Shown in pieces: positions 1-9,171 of a DNA stretch of 64,000 bases. Within the stretch, counting starts at the first letter, position 1. Each line of letters opens with the position of its first letter. The notes below the pieces were generated by a model. The model made no database searches. It worked only from the letters and a program-made list of their open reading frames with translations, and had not been told where the DNA came from. The translations under genes were made by a program, and so were the position numbers. The stretch is from an uncultured virus (IMG/VR IMGVR_UViG_3300027659_000029) (taxonomy: Duplodnaviria > Heunggongvirae > Uroviricota > Caudoviricetes): the IMG/VR virus record IMGVR_UViG_3300027659_000029. The stretch is one strand, 5' to 3'.

Positions 1-17
1 AACACTAATCCCCAATT

Positions 18-266
18 TTATAAATTATTTTTCATTTCATACATCATGTATCCTTCCCCTCGTTTGGCGAATATGCAATAATTTGGTGGCATTACTTGCC
101 TAAGCCTATTTATTTGAACACGAAGAAGTTGTGTATTTTCTACAATTTTTTTATCGTCCCACCCAATAAATAATTCTTTATATGGAACTACTTCACCAAT
201 ATGAAAAAATAATTTATCAAAAATCCATTTTTGTTTATCTGACATTTTATTATTGTAACTACTCAT
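18..266 (-). CDS. Stand-alone OmpR/PhoB-type winged-helix (Trans_reg_C-like) DNA-binding protein
   Basis: GEVVPYKEL...LRVQINRLRQ...IFAKRGEGY matches the OmpR C-terminal recognition helix and wing; no receiver domain. Confidence 0.7.
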   Translation of the reverse strand: MSSYNNKMSDKQKWIFDKLFFHIGEVVPYKELFIGWDDKKIVENTQLLRVQINRLRQVMPPNYCIFAKRGEGYMMYEMKNNL

Positions 267-519
267 TGTCCACCTCCTCTTCTACTATGCCGTCATTGAA
301 ATAACCAAGATAGGCAATACCACCTGACCTCTTCTTGTTGTAAGCAAACATAAGGTCATAACCATCTCTATAATCTTTACATACTAATTCAATATTATCC
401 CACTCCAAAGAAGTTGAACGTGCAGGGTGATTAGAAGTTGTGCCTATTGATTTTGCAAACTGAATAGGCTTCTTTTTTTCTATCGGTGTTTCATCTCCGA
501 TGATAGTTACTTTAGTCAT
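259..519 (-). CDS. Hypothetical protein
   Basis: 86-aa ORF, overlaps the next gene by 8 nt, promoter upstream. Confidence 0.75.
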   Translation of the reverse strand: MTKVTIIGDETPIEKKKPIQFAKSIGTTSNHPARSTSLEWDNIELVCKDYRDGYDLMFAYNKKRSGGIAYLGYFNDGIVEEEVDNE

Positions 520-549
520 TTTAATTTATATTTTTATTTGTAAAAGATA

Positions 550-579
550 CAAATGTAATACTTGATATTTAATAAACAA
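550..579 (-). promoter_or_regulatory. Bacteroidota primary-sigma promoter TTG-N19-TAnnTTTG
   Basis: Minus strand TTG (579-577), 19 nt, TACATTTG (557-550), upstream of ORF 259..519. Confidence 0.7.
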
Positions 580-769
580 GTATTTCTTCAATTATTTTTA
601 AATATAGTGAGATGAATTTGGGAAGTAAATTAAATATTATTTACTCAATAACATTTGGTATCCACCAAGCAAAATTTTTGGGAATACAATGAAATTGGGG
701 TAAGACTAAAAAATAACCACCTTCATTGCCAAAAAATCAACCAACAACCACAAAAAAATACTGCCAAAA

Positions 770-1325
770 TTTTTACCCCCACCAACCCACCACCCAATAT
801 CTATTACTCCAAAAAAAATTTACCAAATTTTACCCCCCCCCACACACACATAACATAATAAAACCAAACACGAATAAATACCAAAACATTCGTTATTGAT
901 CAGGTAACTAATTTTTCTAACGGGTTTTGATTTTTGGATTTTGCTTTTCATTTTGTTGACTAAGGTATCTTTTTTTCTTTTCTTGTGATGCTATAGACAG
1001 ATAGATAGTAGTGAATATGTATTGCCATCTTTATAAACTTGGTGGTGGTGGTGTGTAATGTGGGTGATGGTTACAAAGCATCTGCCATCTATTATGTGAT
1101 GGTGATGGTGATGATGGCAATAACATTTGGTGATGGTGATGGTGATACAATTGCCCTCACAAAGTGATGGTGATAGTGGTGTGATAGTGATGCCTATTTA
1201 GGTGATATTTCGGTGATGCGCATACTGTGGTTGGGCATCTTGGATGATCCATTCTTGATGTATTTTGGGCAATATATTACATAGTTATTGTGGTAATAGT
1301 TAGCGTTATATGTTGGTGGTGAAGT
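770..1325. repeat. Non-coding low-complexity region: C/A-rich block followed by GGTGAT/GGT repeats
   Basis: cccccaccaacccaccaccc and cccccccccacacacaca at ~776-850; many GTGAT/GGTGATGG units at ~1040-1220; lies between divergent gene blocks. Confidence 0.7.
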
Positions 1326-1454
1326 GATAATAATTCGCTAAGTTTAACACACTGAATGTTTAATTTTATTAAATGTGGATAACTTATATAGCCCTTTGTT
1401 TACAATACTTTCAGAGCAATAATTTTACTTTTTAAAGTAACTTTCAAAAAAAGA

Positions 1455-1486
1455 TTTGGAAGTAATGATGTTACGTTTTACCTTGC
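1455..1486 (+). promoter_or_regulatory. Probable Bacteroidota-type promoter for the + strand small-gene block
   Basis: TTTG-N20-TACCTTGC (variant of TAnnTTTG) about 30 nt upstream of the ATG at 1515. Confidence 0.45.
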
Positions 1487-1514
1487 ACTCATTATCAACA
1501 CAAAAAAAATATTT

Positions 1515-1682
1515 ATGTCCAACAAAAAAACATTCGCATTCACTATCTACATCACATCTATTGGTGTGTTATTTGCATCACTATTGTTGCGTAATGTCAC
1601 ACTACTTGGTGTGGCTGAATTGATGAATTTTCCATCATTTGCTTACATTGTATACGCCAATTGCACATCATCTAAAAACTAA
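1515..1682 (+). CDS. Small hydrophobic (membrane) protein, 55 aa, not in ORF track
   Basis: Own translation: MSNKKTFAFTIYITSIGVLFASLLLRNVTLLGVAELMNFPSFAYIVYANCTSSKN; A-rich leader. Confidence 0.55.
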   Translation: MSNKKTFAFTIYITSIGVLFASLLLRNVTLLGVAELMNFPSFAYIVYANCTSSKN

Positions 1683-1694
1683 AAATAATTAACA

Positions 1695-2072
1695 ATGAAC
1701 AATCAAGAATTAGACATCGAATTAAAAAGACTGCTTACATTAAGTGAGATAGCACAATCAAAAGTATTAATGTGTAACAACAGATGCGAAAATCCTAGAC
1801 AACAAGGAGCATCAGCAAGATTGTACCGCAAAGCATTTTATTTTGCCAAAGCGAATGATCTAGATATATTGACTATTCACGAAAATTTGATACACACAAA
1901 GATAGTTACAATTGAAAAATGGATTTTAGACAATAGGGAAATTGTCTATTGGATAATTGACATTGATGGTAATCAGATAGATGGCTTTCGTAAAAAATAT
2001 CAAGCGATAAATGCGATAGAAAGATGGAGGTTAATAAGAATAGACAAAAAAGTAATAGTAAGAAATAATTAA
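1695..2072 (+). CDS. Hypothetical protein (early region)
   Basis: 125-aa ORF, A-rich leader, co-oriented cluster. Confidence 0.75.
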   Translation: MNNQELDIELKRLLTLSEIAQSKVLMCNNRCENPRQQGASARLYRKAFYFAKANDLDILTIHENLIHTKIVTIEKWILDNREIVYWIIDIDGNQIDGFRKKYQAINAIERWRLIRIDKKVIVRNN

Positions 2073-2093
2073 TCACAAAATAAAACTAACAAA

Positions 2094-2600
2094 ATGAACA
2101 AACTAACAAAAGAACAAATTGCTATCTTAGATAGTATTTCAGCGGAATTCGGCAAAATCAACGAAATAAAAACTTCAAAAAACAAGTTTAATTACATTGA
2201 TGTTGAGCCAATACTAACCCTTAAAAAACTTATACAAGAAGAAAAGGAAGTATGCAAATTAATGTTCAATGCGTCACTAACTGCTTTTATGCCATTGGTG
2301 AAAGAAAAATTCGATATGCTCATTAATGACCTATCAATAGTTGAAGGATTGACCTTTAATATAACAAGAGAGCATCAAGCAATGTACTTAAACATTGACG
2401 GTGTGGTGATATATTGCAAGGCTTGGGGCGTAAGCAAGACCCTAAGCGATGGCAGTTCGAGAGAGGTATATGACATTGAGCCTACCTACCATATCAGCCA
2501 CTATGACGGGATGCACTCTCAGTACAACACGTTTGAAGAAATGATATCATCATCAACCTTTAAAAATAAAATTGAAAGAACTATTAACAATTTAAAATAA
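2094..2600 (+). CDS. Hypothetical protein
   Basis: 168-aa ORF in tightly packed cluster. Confidence 0.8.
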   Translation: MNKLTKEQIAILDSISAEFGKINEIKTSKNKFNYIDVEPILTLKKLIQEEKEVCKLMFNASLTAFMPLVKEKFDMLINDLSIVEGLTFNITREHQAMYLNIDGVVIYCKAWGVSKTLSDGSSREVYDIEPTYHISHYDGMHSQYNTFEEMISSSTFKNKIERTINNLK

Positions 2601-2605
2601 CAAAA

Positions 2606-2962
2606 ATGAAAATTACAAAAAACCACAAAGTATTACTATTAGCCGTCTGCCAATCGGATTATTTTAGCGGATACCATTTGCCTTGCATTGCTATTGCAAT
2701 CTATAGAACAATGACATTTAAAGAGATTGCTGACTCATTTGAGGAAGAGTTCGACTCTTGTTACGATTATATCAACCCGAATGATGATAAAGACATCGAA
2801 AAACTATACGATGACTATATCAATGAATTAAGATCAATAGGTGATGTTATATTTTGCGAAACTGAAGATATCTCAGCAAATGATGATATTGATCCACAAT
2901 ACGCATATTTTTCAATAGTAAATATACAATGTTTAAATGGATTAAAATTTCTAAACCCTTAA
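2606..2962 (+). CDS. Hypothetical acidic protein
   Basis: 118-aa ORF, D/E rich. Confidence 0.8.
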   Translation: MKITKNHKVLLLAVCQSDYFSGYHLPCIAIAIYRTMTFKEIADSFEEEFDSCYDYINPNDDKDIEKLYDDYINELRSIGDVIFCETEDISANDDIDPQYAYFSIVNIQCLNGLKFLNP

Positions 2963-2973
2963 AAATAATAAAG

Positions 2974-3231
2974 ATGAAAAAACTACTAACAATTCTAATG
3001 ATTACATTTTGCATCTCATCATATGGTCAAAATGTCAAGATGGATGCTAATGGCAACTATGTTGCTATCAAAAGCGAAAATGCAAGATCATCCTCAGCAA
3101 TATCGACAGGTAAGACCTATACTGATAGCAAAGGAAGAAAATACGATGTATACAAAAGTGAAAGAGGGAAATTATTCATTTTTGTGGTAAGCAAAAGTGG
3201 TAATACTTACAAGAAATATTTATCAATCTAA
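2974..3231 (+). CDS. Small secreted protein (signal peptide)
   Basis: Likely start MKKLLTILMITFCISSYGQ, a Bacteroidota-type signal peptide with Gln at +1. Confidence 0.75.
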   Translation: MKKLLTILMITFCISSYGQNVKMDANGNYVAIKSENARSSSAISTGKTYTDSKGRKYDVYKSERGKLFIFVVSKSGNTYKKYLSI

Positions 3232-3256
3232 TTTTAAAATTTAAAAAAACTGAATT

Positions 3257-3619
3257 ATGAAAATCAAAACAATTGGATATGTCAACATCATATCAAAAAA
3301 ATGCTCAGAGATAGAAGTAACTAAAAAGACAATCAAAGTGAAGATTTATAAGACTCTAAAATCTTTGAGATTTGCACAAGCAAAAAGATATCTTAGCCAG
3401 AAGGCTAAATATGTGAAGATTTCGTATCAAGCATTTCTTCAAAGCTCCCTTTTGGAATCAACGGTGGATAGGGCAAAAAAGAATCTTGCCGACATAAGAA
3501 AGATGGGAATATCAACATCAGAATCATTTTCCGCTTACGTTGATTACATCAAATCAATAACCAATCTTAATAATTACAAATATTCATTGCCTAAGCAAAT
3601 TAGACTAAATTTATTTTAA
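3257..3619 (+). CDS. Hypothetical basic protein
   Basis: 120-aa ORF. Confidence 0.7.
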   Translation: MKIKTIGYVNIISKKCSEIEVTKKTIKVKIYKTLKSLRFAQAKRYLSQKAKYVKISYQAFLQSSLLESTVDRAKKNLADIRKMGISTSESFSAYVDYIKSITNLNNYKYSLPKQIRLNLF

Positions 3620-3646
3620 TTTGTAGGGTAATTAAAAACAAACAAA

Positions 3647-3922
3647 ATGAAAGTATTTCCAACACACCCAATAGAATTGCATAAAATGTTCAAAGAAACA
3701 AATTTAGAAGTTATGAACCCTGAAATAGAAAAAGGGTTGTTTATGGTCAAAATTCACGCTTCAAAGGTTAAACATAAATCAGACCTTGAAAATGCTTTCA
3801 CGAAAATACAAGAAGTATCTAACAAATACGGGTTTACCACTAAACTTAAAAGAATGCAGTCTGATTTTTCTGATTTCAGATTTCACGGAAACTATTACAA
3901 TATATTCTTTTATGCAGAATAA
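3647..3922 (+). CDS. Hypothetical protein
   Basis: 91-aa ORF with A-rich leader. Confidence 0.7.
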   Translation: MKVFPTHPIELHKMFKETNLEVMNPEIEKGLFMVKIHASKVKHKSDLENAFTKIQEVSNKYGFTTKLKRMQSDFSDFRFHGNYYNIFFYAE

Positions 3923-3971
3923 TAAGAAAAGAGAAACAAGGGGAGGATTAATAACAAACAAAATGTAAATT

Positions 3972-4193
3972 ATGACAAATTTAGAAACTTTAGCAAAAAA
4001 AGAAAATGTAAATGTTATATCAATAGGGTATAATATGAAGTGTAAACACGTTATTACAAAATCTGTACTTTATTTTGATGGGAAAAGATTCCATTTGAAA
4101 AATGGTGGAATTGATATGTATTGTGATGATACAAGTGATTTAATGTTAGATACTAAAGAAAATAGAAAAATACTAAAATTACAATGCAATTAA
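3972..4193 (+). CDS. Hypothetical protein
   Basis: 73-aa ORF. Confidence 0.65.
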   Translation: MTNLETLAKKENVNVISIGYNMKCKHVITKSVLYFDGKRFHLKNGGIDMYCDDTSDLMLDTKENRKILKLQCN

Positions 4194-4203
4194 AAAAACA
4201 AGT

Positions 4204-4485
4204 ATGAAACGAATAACAAAACTGCAAAAGCAGATTGCCGATGCCCATTTAAAAGCACATAACACAAAGACATTTGATTCATTAGTTATCAATAATGTAG
4301 AGGAATTGAAAGTAGCATTGATTGATGGCAAGACAATTAAAGAATTGATGGATCAGATTGTCACAAGAAATGTTAGCATAACAAGTCAATTGATGCGTAA
4401 TCAATTTGATTATACATCAGATGCTTACAAAAAAGATGTGTATTGTGGATTCAAAAAATTATTAACCCAACTTAATATCAACTAA
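4204..4485 (+). CDS. Hypothetical protein
   Basis: 93-aa ORF. Confidence 0.7.
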   Translation: MKRITKLQKQIADAHLKAHNTKTFDSLVINNVEELKVALIDGKTIKELMDQIVTRNVSITSQLMRNQFDYTSDAYKKDVYCGFKKLLTQLNIN

Positions 4486-4486
4486 T

Positions 4487-4795
4487 ATGTCAATAAAAGA
4501 AATAACTCAGTATATGGAATCTGAACCAACTTTGGTTGATTTGTTCAGTAACATAATAGACATCAAGAATGGCAAATCAACGATGCGTGATATTTGTACA
4601 GGTATCTTGTCAATGGATAGGAAAGAGCTCAACTTTATTGATTCAGCATATCCATATGACTATGGTAAGCAAATTAGAGAAATTTATCCAAATTTCGACA
4701 ATGGATATAACGTATTTGATTATAATAGAACAATGTTTGGTGAAATGCGAAATTTGAAAAACGATATTGCTAACGTAATCTTAAAACAATTCTAA
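4487..4795 (+). CDS. Hypothetical protein
   Basis: 102-aa ORF, 1-nt gap to previous gene. Confidence 0.75.
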   Translation: MSIKEITQYMESEPTLVDLFSNIIDIKNGKSTMRDICTGILSMDRKELNFIDSAYPYDYGKQIREIYPNFDNGYNVFDYNRTMFGEMRNLKNDIANVILKQF

Positions 4796-4797
4796 AT

Positions 4798-5058
4798 ATG
4801 AAAACTATAAATTTGATTGTCATCAACACAACGGCTTACCAAGATGAAGATATCACACTTGTCACAACATTGACTGAAGAAGAAATAATTCAAGTGATTC
4901 AACCTATTGTCTTAAAATGTAGGGAAGCAGAAGATTGGTTATATTCTAAAATAGTATCAGAAGATTATGATAATGATTCTTTAATATATGCTTTAACCGA
5001 AGCATATCCGAATGATCTGATACAAATGGCAAATTACGATAATTACATCTCAGTATAA
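4798..5058 (+). CDS. Hypothetical acidic protein
   Basis: 86-aa ORF. Confidence 0.75.
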   Translation: MKTINLIVINTTAYQDEDITLVTTLTEEEIIQVIQPIVLKCREAEDWLYSKIVSEDYDNDSLIYALTEAYPNDLIQMANYDNYISV

Positions 5059-5077
5059 ACACTAAAAATAAATAAAA

Positions 5078-5236
5078 ATGCAAACAATTAGAGAAAGAAT
5101 AATAGACGCAATCATTGACCTTGCAAGTGATGAAGTTGAAAGCCTTCAAGATGTATGGAAATATGCAAAGATGAGTGAAGAGCAACTAATATGCGAACTT
5201 ATCAACATTGCTGAATACTATAGAAATAACTGCTAA
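5078..5236 (+). CDS. Small hypothetical protein, 52 aa, not in ORF track
   Basis: MQTIRERIIDAIIDLASDEVESLQDVWKYAKMSEEQLICELINIAEYYRNNC fills the gap; A-rich leader. Confidence 0.65.
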   Translation: MQTIRERIIDAIIDLASDEVESLQDVWKYAKMSEEQLICELINIAEYYRNNC

Positions 5237-5256
5237 ACCTTTAAATTATAAACACA

Positions 5257-5610
5257 ATGCAAAACAAAACAATCCTTACGGCAATTCAATTAGGTTACAA
5301 CCTTAACAATACACAGGCAGATACATTAGATGAACTTGAAAAAGAGGTGATGTATTACCTAAATGAGAATTCATCACTACTTAAAAAACAATACGAAAAA
5401 TGTGAAGTTACCTCACACGGAAATACACAAAACGTAAGTTATGGTGATTTCACCTCATCAGGTCATATAGTTGATTGGTCTTATTACTATTTTGAAAAAC
5501 GTCAGCAAATATTCCATAGTGAATTTGTTTTCATTGAGGAAGATGGCACTCCAGTATTGATTGTATTGTGGTGTTGGAGCAAAGATGAAGAGGAGGTGAC
5601 TAATGCGTAA
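5257..5610 (+). CDS. Hypothetical acidic protein
   Basis: 117-aa ORF. Confidence 0.75.
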   Translation: MQNKTILTAIQLGYNLNNTQADTLDELEKEVMYYLNENSSLLKKQYEKCEVTSHGNTQNVSYGDFTSSGHIVDWSYYYFEKRQQIFHSEFVFIEEDGTPVLIVLWCWSKDEEEVTNA

Positions 5611-5722
5611 GTTACTTTTAACTATAGGCAAAATAATCTTATTTGCCATATTCATATATATCTGCGGATGTATAAGTAAATCAGAATTTAAAGATATGCA
5701 ATCTGACAAAATACAATTATGA
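5603..5722 (+). CDS. Small membrane or lipoprotein-like peptide, 39 aa
   Basis: MRKLLLTIGKIILFAIFIYICGC...; overlaps both neighbours. Confidence 0.5.
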   Translation: MRKLLLTIGKIILFAIFIYICGCISKSEFKDMQSDKIQL

Positions 5723-5892
5723 TCCAATATTATTACATTGTGAAATTGTTTGGCAAAACGGTGAAGACTATTGCCAAAGATGGCAAAGAAGCAAAAAATA
5801 AAGTATGCCAATTTGAAAATATTTTGGCATCTCAAATTAAAAGTACAAAAAGAGGTGAAGCTCTTAATTTTATAGAATTACCTAACGATTAA
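5719..5892 (+). CDS. Small hypothetical protein, 57 aa
   Basis: ATGA overlap with previous ORF; MIQYYYIVKLFGKTVK... Confidence 0.55.
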   Translation: MIQYYYIVKLFGKTVKTIAKDGKEAKNKVCQFENILASQIKSTKRGEALNFIELPND

Positions 5893-5902
5893 AAATATAA
5901 TT

Positions 5903-6403
5903 ATGCAGACAATATTAAAAATCCAAAAACAAGAAGAATTTGACCGAATTGTTTTCATTCATTACAAAAATGATGAGATAATTGGACTCAATTGGCATCA
6001 AGATTGCGAATTAGTAGATTACGCATTTACAAAACCTTGCAATGCATTAACCAATATATTCAACAGGTTGAAAAAAAGTATGCCTTTGCTCAACGATGAA
6101 GGAAGAGTAAACAAGGCAATTGATTTGTATTCAGATGCCTACATATTCCAAGATCAAGATTTGGTGACCATTCCAAATAAACAAACATCCTTAATTCAAA
6201 AAGCATTGAACTACTATGTCAAAATGGCTAAATTCAACACCGATAATAAAATAGACGAAAATGGTGAATTACATTTTGAACTATTCGATATGCAACAATT
6301 GAGCGCAATGATGAATTATGAGATCAGCATTTCCATTTATGAGGAAGATAAAAAATCATTTGCATCAAATCACGGAATTGACTTTCCAATTTACAATTAT
6401 TAA
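5903..6403 (+). CDS. Hypothetical protein
   Basis: 166-aa ORF. Confidence 0.8.
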   Translation: MQTILKIQKQEEFDRIVFIHYKNDEIIGLNWHQDCELVDYAFTKPCNALTNIFNRLKKSMPLLNDEGRVNKAIDLYSDAYIFQDQDLVTIPNKQTSLIQKALNYYVKMAKFNTDNKIDENGELHFELFDMQQLSAMMNYEISISIYEEDKKSFASNHGIDFPIYNY

Positions 6404-6411
6404 AATTACTT

Positions 6412-6699
6412 ATGGCAACCCAAACATACATATTTTACTCAAGTGATATTCATGGATCAACTTATGATAGCAAAGCAAAATTCCTTTTTAACGAAGGAAA
6501 CCACAAAAAAGTATTGGCATTTCTTGAAAACAATTTAGCTGATTATTTTGAAGGTAATCACACAAGACAATATGATTCTTTTAATCATATTTGCAATATG
6601 GTGAAAGATGGGATACCCATCCAAGATGCCATCAATACAAGTAATGATATATGTGGTTATTGCCGTCCTGTTGAATCAATCCAAAATATACAATATTAA
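6412..6699 (+). CDS. Hypothetical protein
   Basis: 95-aa ORF. Confidence 0.75.
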   Translation: MATQTYIFYSSDIHGSTYDSKAKFLFNEGNHKKVLAFLENNLADYFEGNHTRQYDSFNHICNMVKDGIPIQDAINTSNDICGYCRPVESIQNIQY

Positions 6700-6700
6700 T

Positions 6701-6877
6701 ATGACAAAAGAAGTAAAAATGAAAGAGAAGAGCATTTACGGAAATGTGTTAACATATCCTAATTGCGAAACTTCAGAAAAATTTGCACACTTAATTCAAA
6801 AAATGACATTCAGCGAAAGAGATATAACAATTATCAAGATGCTTGGTTACAAAGTTACAATTAAAAAATTATCATAA
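6701..6877 (+). CDS. Small hypothetical protein
   Basis: Likely start MTKEVKMKEKSIYGN just after the previous stop. Confidence 0.65.
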   Translation: MTKEVKMKEKSIYGNVLTYPNCETSEKFAHLIQKMTFSERDITIIKMLGYKVTIKKLS

Positions 6878-6902
6878 TGGAATTTAAAAGTGTGTTAGCA
6901 GA
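6835..6902 (+). repeat. 68-bp perfect direct repeat, copy 1
   Basis: caagatgcttggttac...aaaagtgtgttagcaga, identical to 7556..7623. Confidence 0.95.
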
Positions 6903-7555
6903 AGTTTGATACGAAGAACGAATAAAAACTTTTTTAAAAATGTGCGGTGGAAAATATAATTTCAAATATTTATATATAAAATAAAACTATTTATTAATAT
7001 GGAACAAGATAAAAAACTAAAAAACTTCATTAAAACTACATTAAGAGAGTTTTTGAATGAAAATGTTAATAATGGTAATAATGGTAAAGATGGTACTTTA
7101 TCATTTTGGAATGGTAAATGGAGAGTTAGTTATACAACAGAAAATGGTGATTTTAGAGGTGATTCAGGACTGGAACTACATCCAACACAAGTTGAAGATA
7201 TAAATATTTTCACTCATTATATAAAAAAAAGAGGTGGTGTTGATGTTATTTATAATGTAGTTGATGGATTTGCTAAATTAAATGATACAAATGCCACTCA
7301 TTATAAAATCGTAAAAGATGTAACTGCAAATGAATATGGTTGGAGACAAACATATTTTGTTATTGGTGAATATCCTAATGATAGAATTGTTATAATACCA
7401 AAAAATAGATTTAATGAATGGGAAAAAACTAATCTAAATAAAAAAATAGGTTTTAATAGATATGAAGAAATTGTATCTAAAACAGCAGTAATATAATTTT
7501 AAAAAAGTTTTCTCACTTAACTTAATTTGAAACACTAATGTAGTATTGTGTATAA
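6903..7555 (+). mobile_element. Inserted single-gene cassette between 68-bp direct repeats
   Basis: Interrupts the start of the MEFKSVLA gene; 15-bp inner inverted repeat aaaacttttttaaaa (6925-6939 / 7497-7511); ends GTTAGCAG... and ...GTGTATAAC. Confidence 0.75.
6999..7496 (+). CDS. Hypothetical protein carried by the inserted cassette (N-terminal IKTTLREFLNE motif)
   Basis: 165-aa ORF, only gene of the insert. Confidence 0.8.
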   Translation: MEQDKKLKNFIKTTLREFLNENVNNGNNGKDGTLSFWNGKWRVSYTTENGDFRGDSGLELHPTQVEDINIFTHYIKKRGGVDVIYNVVDGFAKLNDTNATHYKIVKDVTANEYGWRQTYFVIGEYPNDRIVIIPKNRFNEWEKTNLNKKIGFNRYEEIVSKTAVI

Positions 7556-7623
7556 CAAGATGCTTGGTTACAAAGTTACAATTAAAAAATTATCATAATG
7601 GAATTTAAAAGTGTGTTAGCAGA
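7556..7623 (+). repeat. 68-bp perfect direct repeat, copy 2
   Basis: Identical to 6835..6902; supplies the start of ORF 7598..7969. Confidence 0.95.
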
Positions 7624-7969
7624 TGAGGATATATCGTTATATTATATCTACTTAGGATTAGATTTGCCAAAAGGAACTGATGTAAATACATCTTGTTTGG
7701 CAACTATTGACTGGGTTGTAAGCATTGAGGCTAAAAAAGATAGAATTAAAAATATTTCAGCATCAATACTTAATGTTTCTTTACAAATAGAATATTGGTA
7801 TCTAATAGATGCGGATGACGAAAGTAAAGGTATAATTGAAGGAATAAAATATATTACATCTTTAGATGATTATAAAATTGATGACTCTGAATTTAAAATA
7901 TTAAATGAACAATTGTCTATTTGTGATTTAGATGTAGATTTCAAAACAAAAACATTTAAAATAACATAA
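7598..7969 (+). CDS. Hypothetical acidic protein
   Basis: 123-aa ORF starting in repeat copy 2. Confidence 0.8.
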   Translation: MEFKSVLADEDISLYYIYLGLDLPKGTDVNTSCLATIDWVVSIEAKKDRIKNISASILNVSLQIEYWYLIDADDESKGIIEGIKYITSLDDYKIDDSEFKILNEQLSICDLDVDFKTKTFKIT

Positions 7970-8100
7970 CATCATTATTTTTAAAAAACACATCATAACA
8001 AAGACGGATATCAATGAGCAAAAACTTAAATTAATTGATATGCATATAAATAAATATGGTCAAAATAAAATTGACAAACAAAATCAAAAAATAAAAAAAT

Positions 8101-8310
8101 ATGAGCAGAGATTCGCAAAGCAGTCTAACATTGGGACTAATGAAAACAATGAAAAGTGGAGATGTATTTATTTACGATGGATCACCTGAAAGCGCAACAT
8201 CCAAAGCATACAAACTTGGTGTTAAAATAACTACAGAAAAAGTTATAATTTTAAGTAATCTTAAAAGCGAAATAAAAGCAGAGCCTTACATAAAAATTAC
8301 AATTGTATAA
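8101..8310 (+). CDS. Small hypothetical protein
   Basis: 69-aa ORF, A-rich leader. Confidence 0.65.
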   Translation: MSRDSQSSLTLGLMKTMKSGDVFIYDGSPESATSKAYKLGVKITTEKVIILSNLKSEIKAEPYIKITIV

Positions 8311-8574
8311 CAATGTACAAACACTCAAATATCGTAAAAGAAGTGATACTTTTTTTATTAACATTGATTGCAATAATGTTATTATGCATATTATTTATGA
8401 ATTCATTTAGATAAAAATCAATTTAAATATTAATAAAATGGACAACAAATTACTAATGTCATCAAATGCATTTGAATTCCCCAACAAAAAAAAACCAGAC
8501 TACAAGATGTTGGTTCTTGTAACTATTATTTTTATAATCTTAACTATAATCTTAGAAAAACTATTCCTTTAACA

Positions 8575-8784
8575 ATGAGAAAAATCAAACGTAACACCCA
8601 ACTTAAAAATATGCCTTGCTACATTCAAAAGATGTTAAAAATTGCTCAAGTACTGGGCATTCATATTGACGTATTCCAAACTAATTCTCAAAATTGGATA
8701 TTCCATGTAAATGTAGATTTAGAAGTGTTGATACAAGGAGAAGATCATCTGATTGACACTTTTGAGAATTTAATTGATATGTAA
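8575..8784 (+). CDS. Small hypothetical protein
   Basis: 69-aa ORF. Confidence 0.65.
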   Translation: MRKIKRNTQLKNMPCYIQKMLKIAQVLGIHIDVFQTNSQNWIFHVNVDLEVLIQGEDHLIDTFENLIDM

Positions 8785-8817
8785 TCAAGCATAATTATTA
8801 CCACAAAAAAAAATACA

Positions 8818-9162
8818 ATGAACGCAAGAGAATCAATAATACATATGTGCCTACTTAAAATTTATGATATTTATAAAGACGGTAGCGACATTCCAACAAC
8901 TACTATATTTAGGCAACAAGCATTGCATACAAACTACGCCAGAATTCTAAAAAATGATGGCAGATTATTAACAACTAATGGACACACAAAATGGAATGGG
9001 TTAATGCCTTCTGAATTATACACAATTAAATTGATGTCTATTCATTCAAATTATAGTTCTGGGTATCAAAAAAAAATACAATCGGGTACGAAATCAGATT
9101 TAAAAGAACTGCATAGAAAAATAAATCTTATCTTAGAGCATTTAAATATAAAAATTTATTAA
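8818..9162 (+). CDS. Hypothetical protein
   Basis: 114-aa ORF. Confidence 0.7.
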   Translation: MNARESIIHMCLLKIYDIYKDGSDIPTTTIFRQQALHTNYARILKNDGRLLTTNGHTKWNGLMPSELYTIKLMSIHSNYSSGYQKKIQSGTKSDLKELHRKINLILEHLNIKIY

Positions 9163-9171
9163 ACATATAAG

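Noticed and set aside
655..858. 67-aa ORF
   Set aside because: TTG start and low-complexity translation of the C/A-rich tract.
6835..7623. IS element or homing endonuclease insertion
   Set aside because: The ORF shows no transposase, HNH, GIY-YIG or LAGLIDADG motif that I can see, and the 68-bp duplication is atypical.
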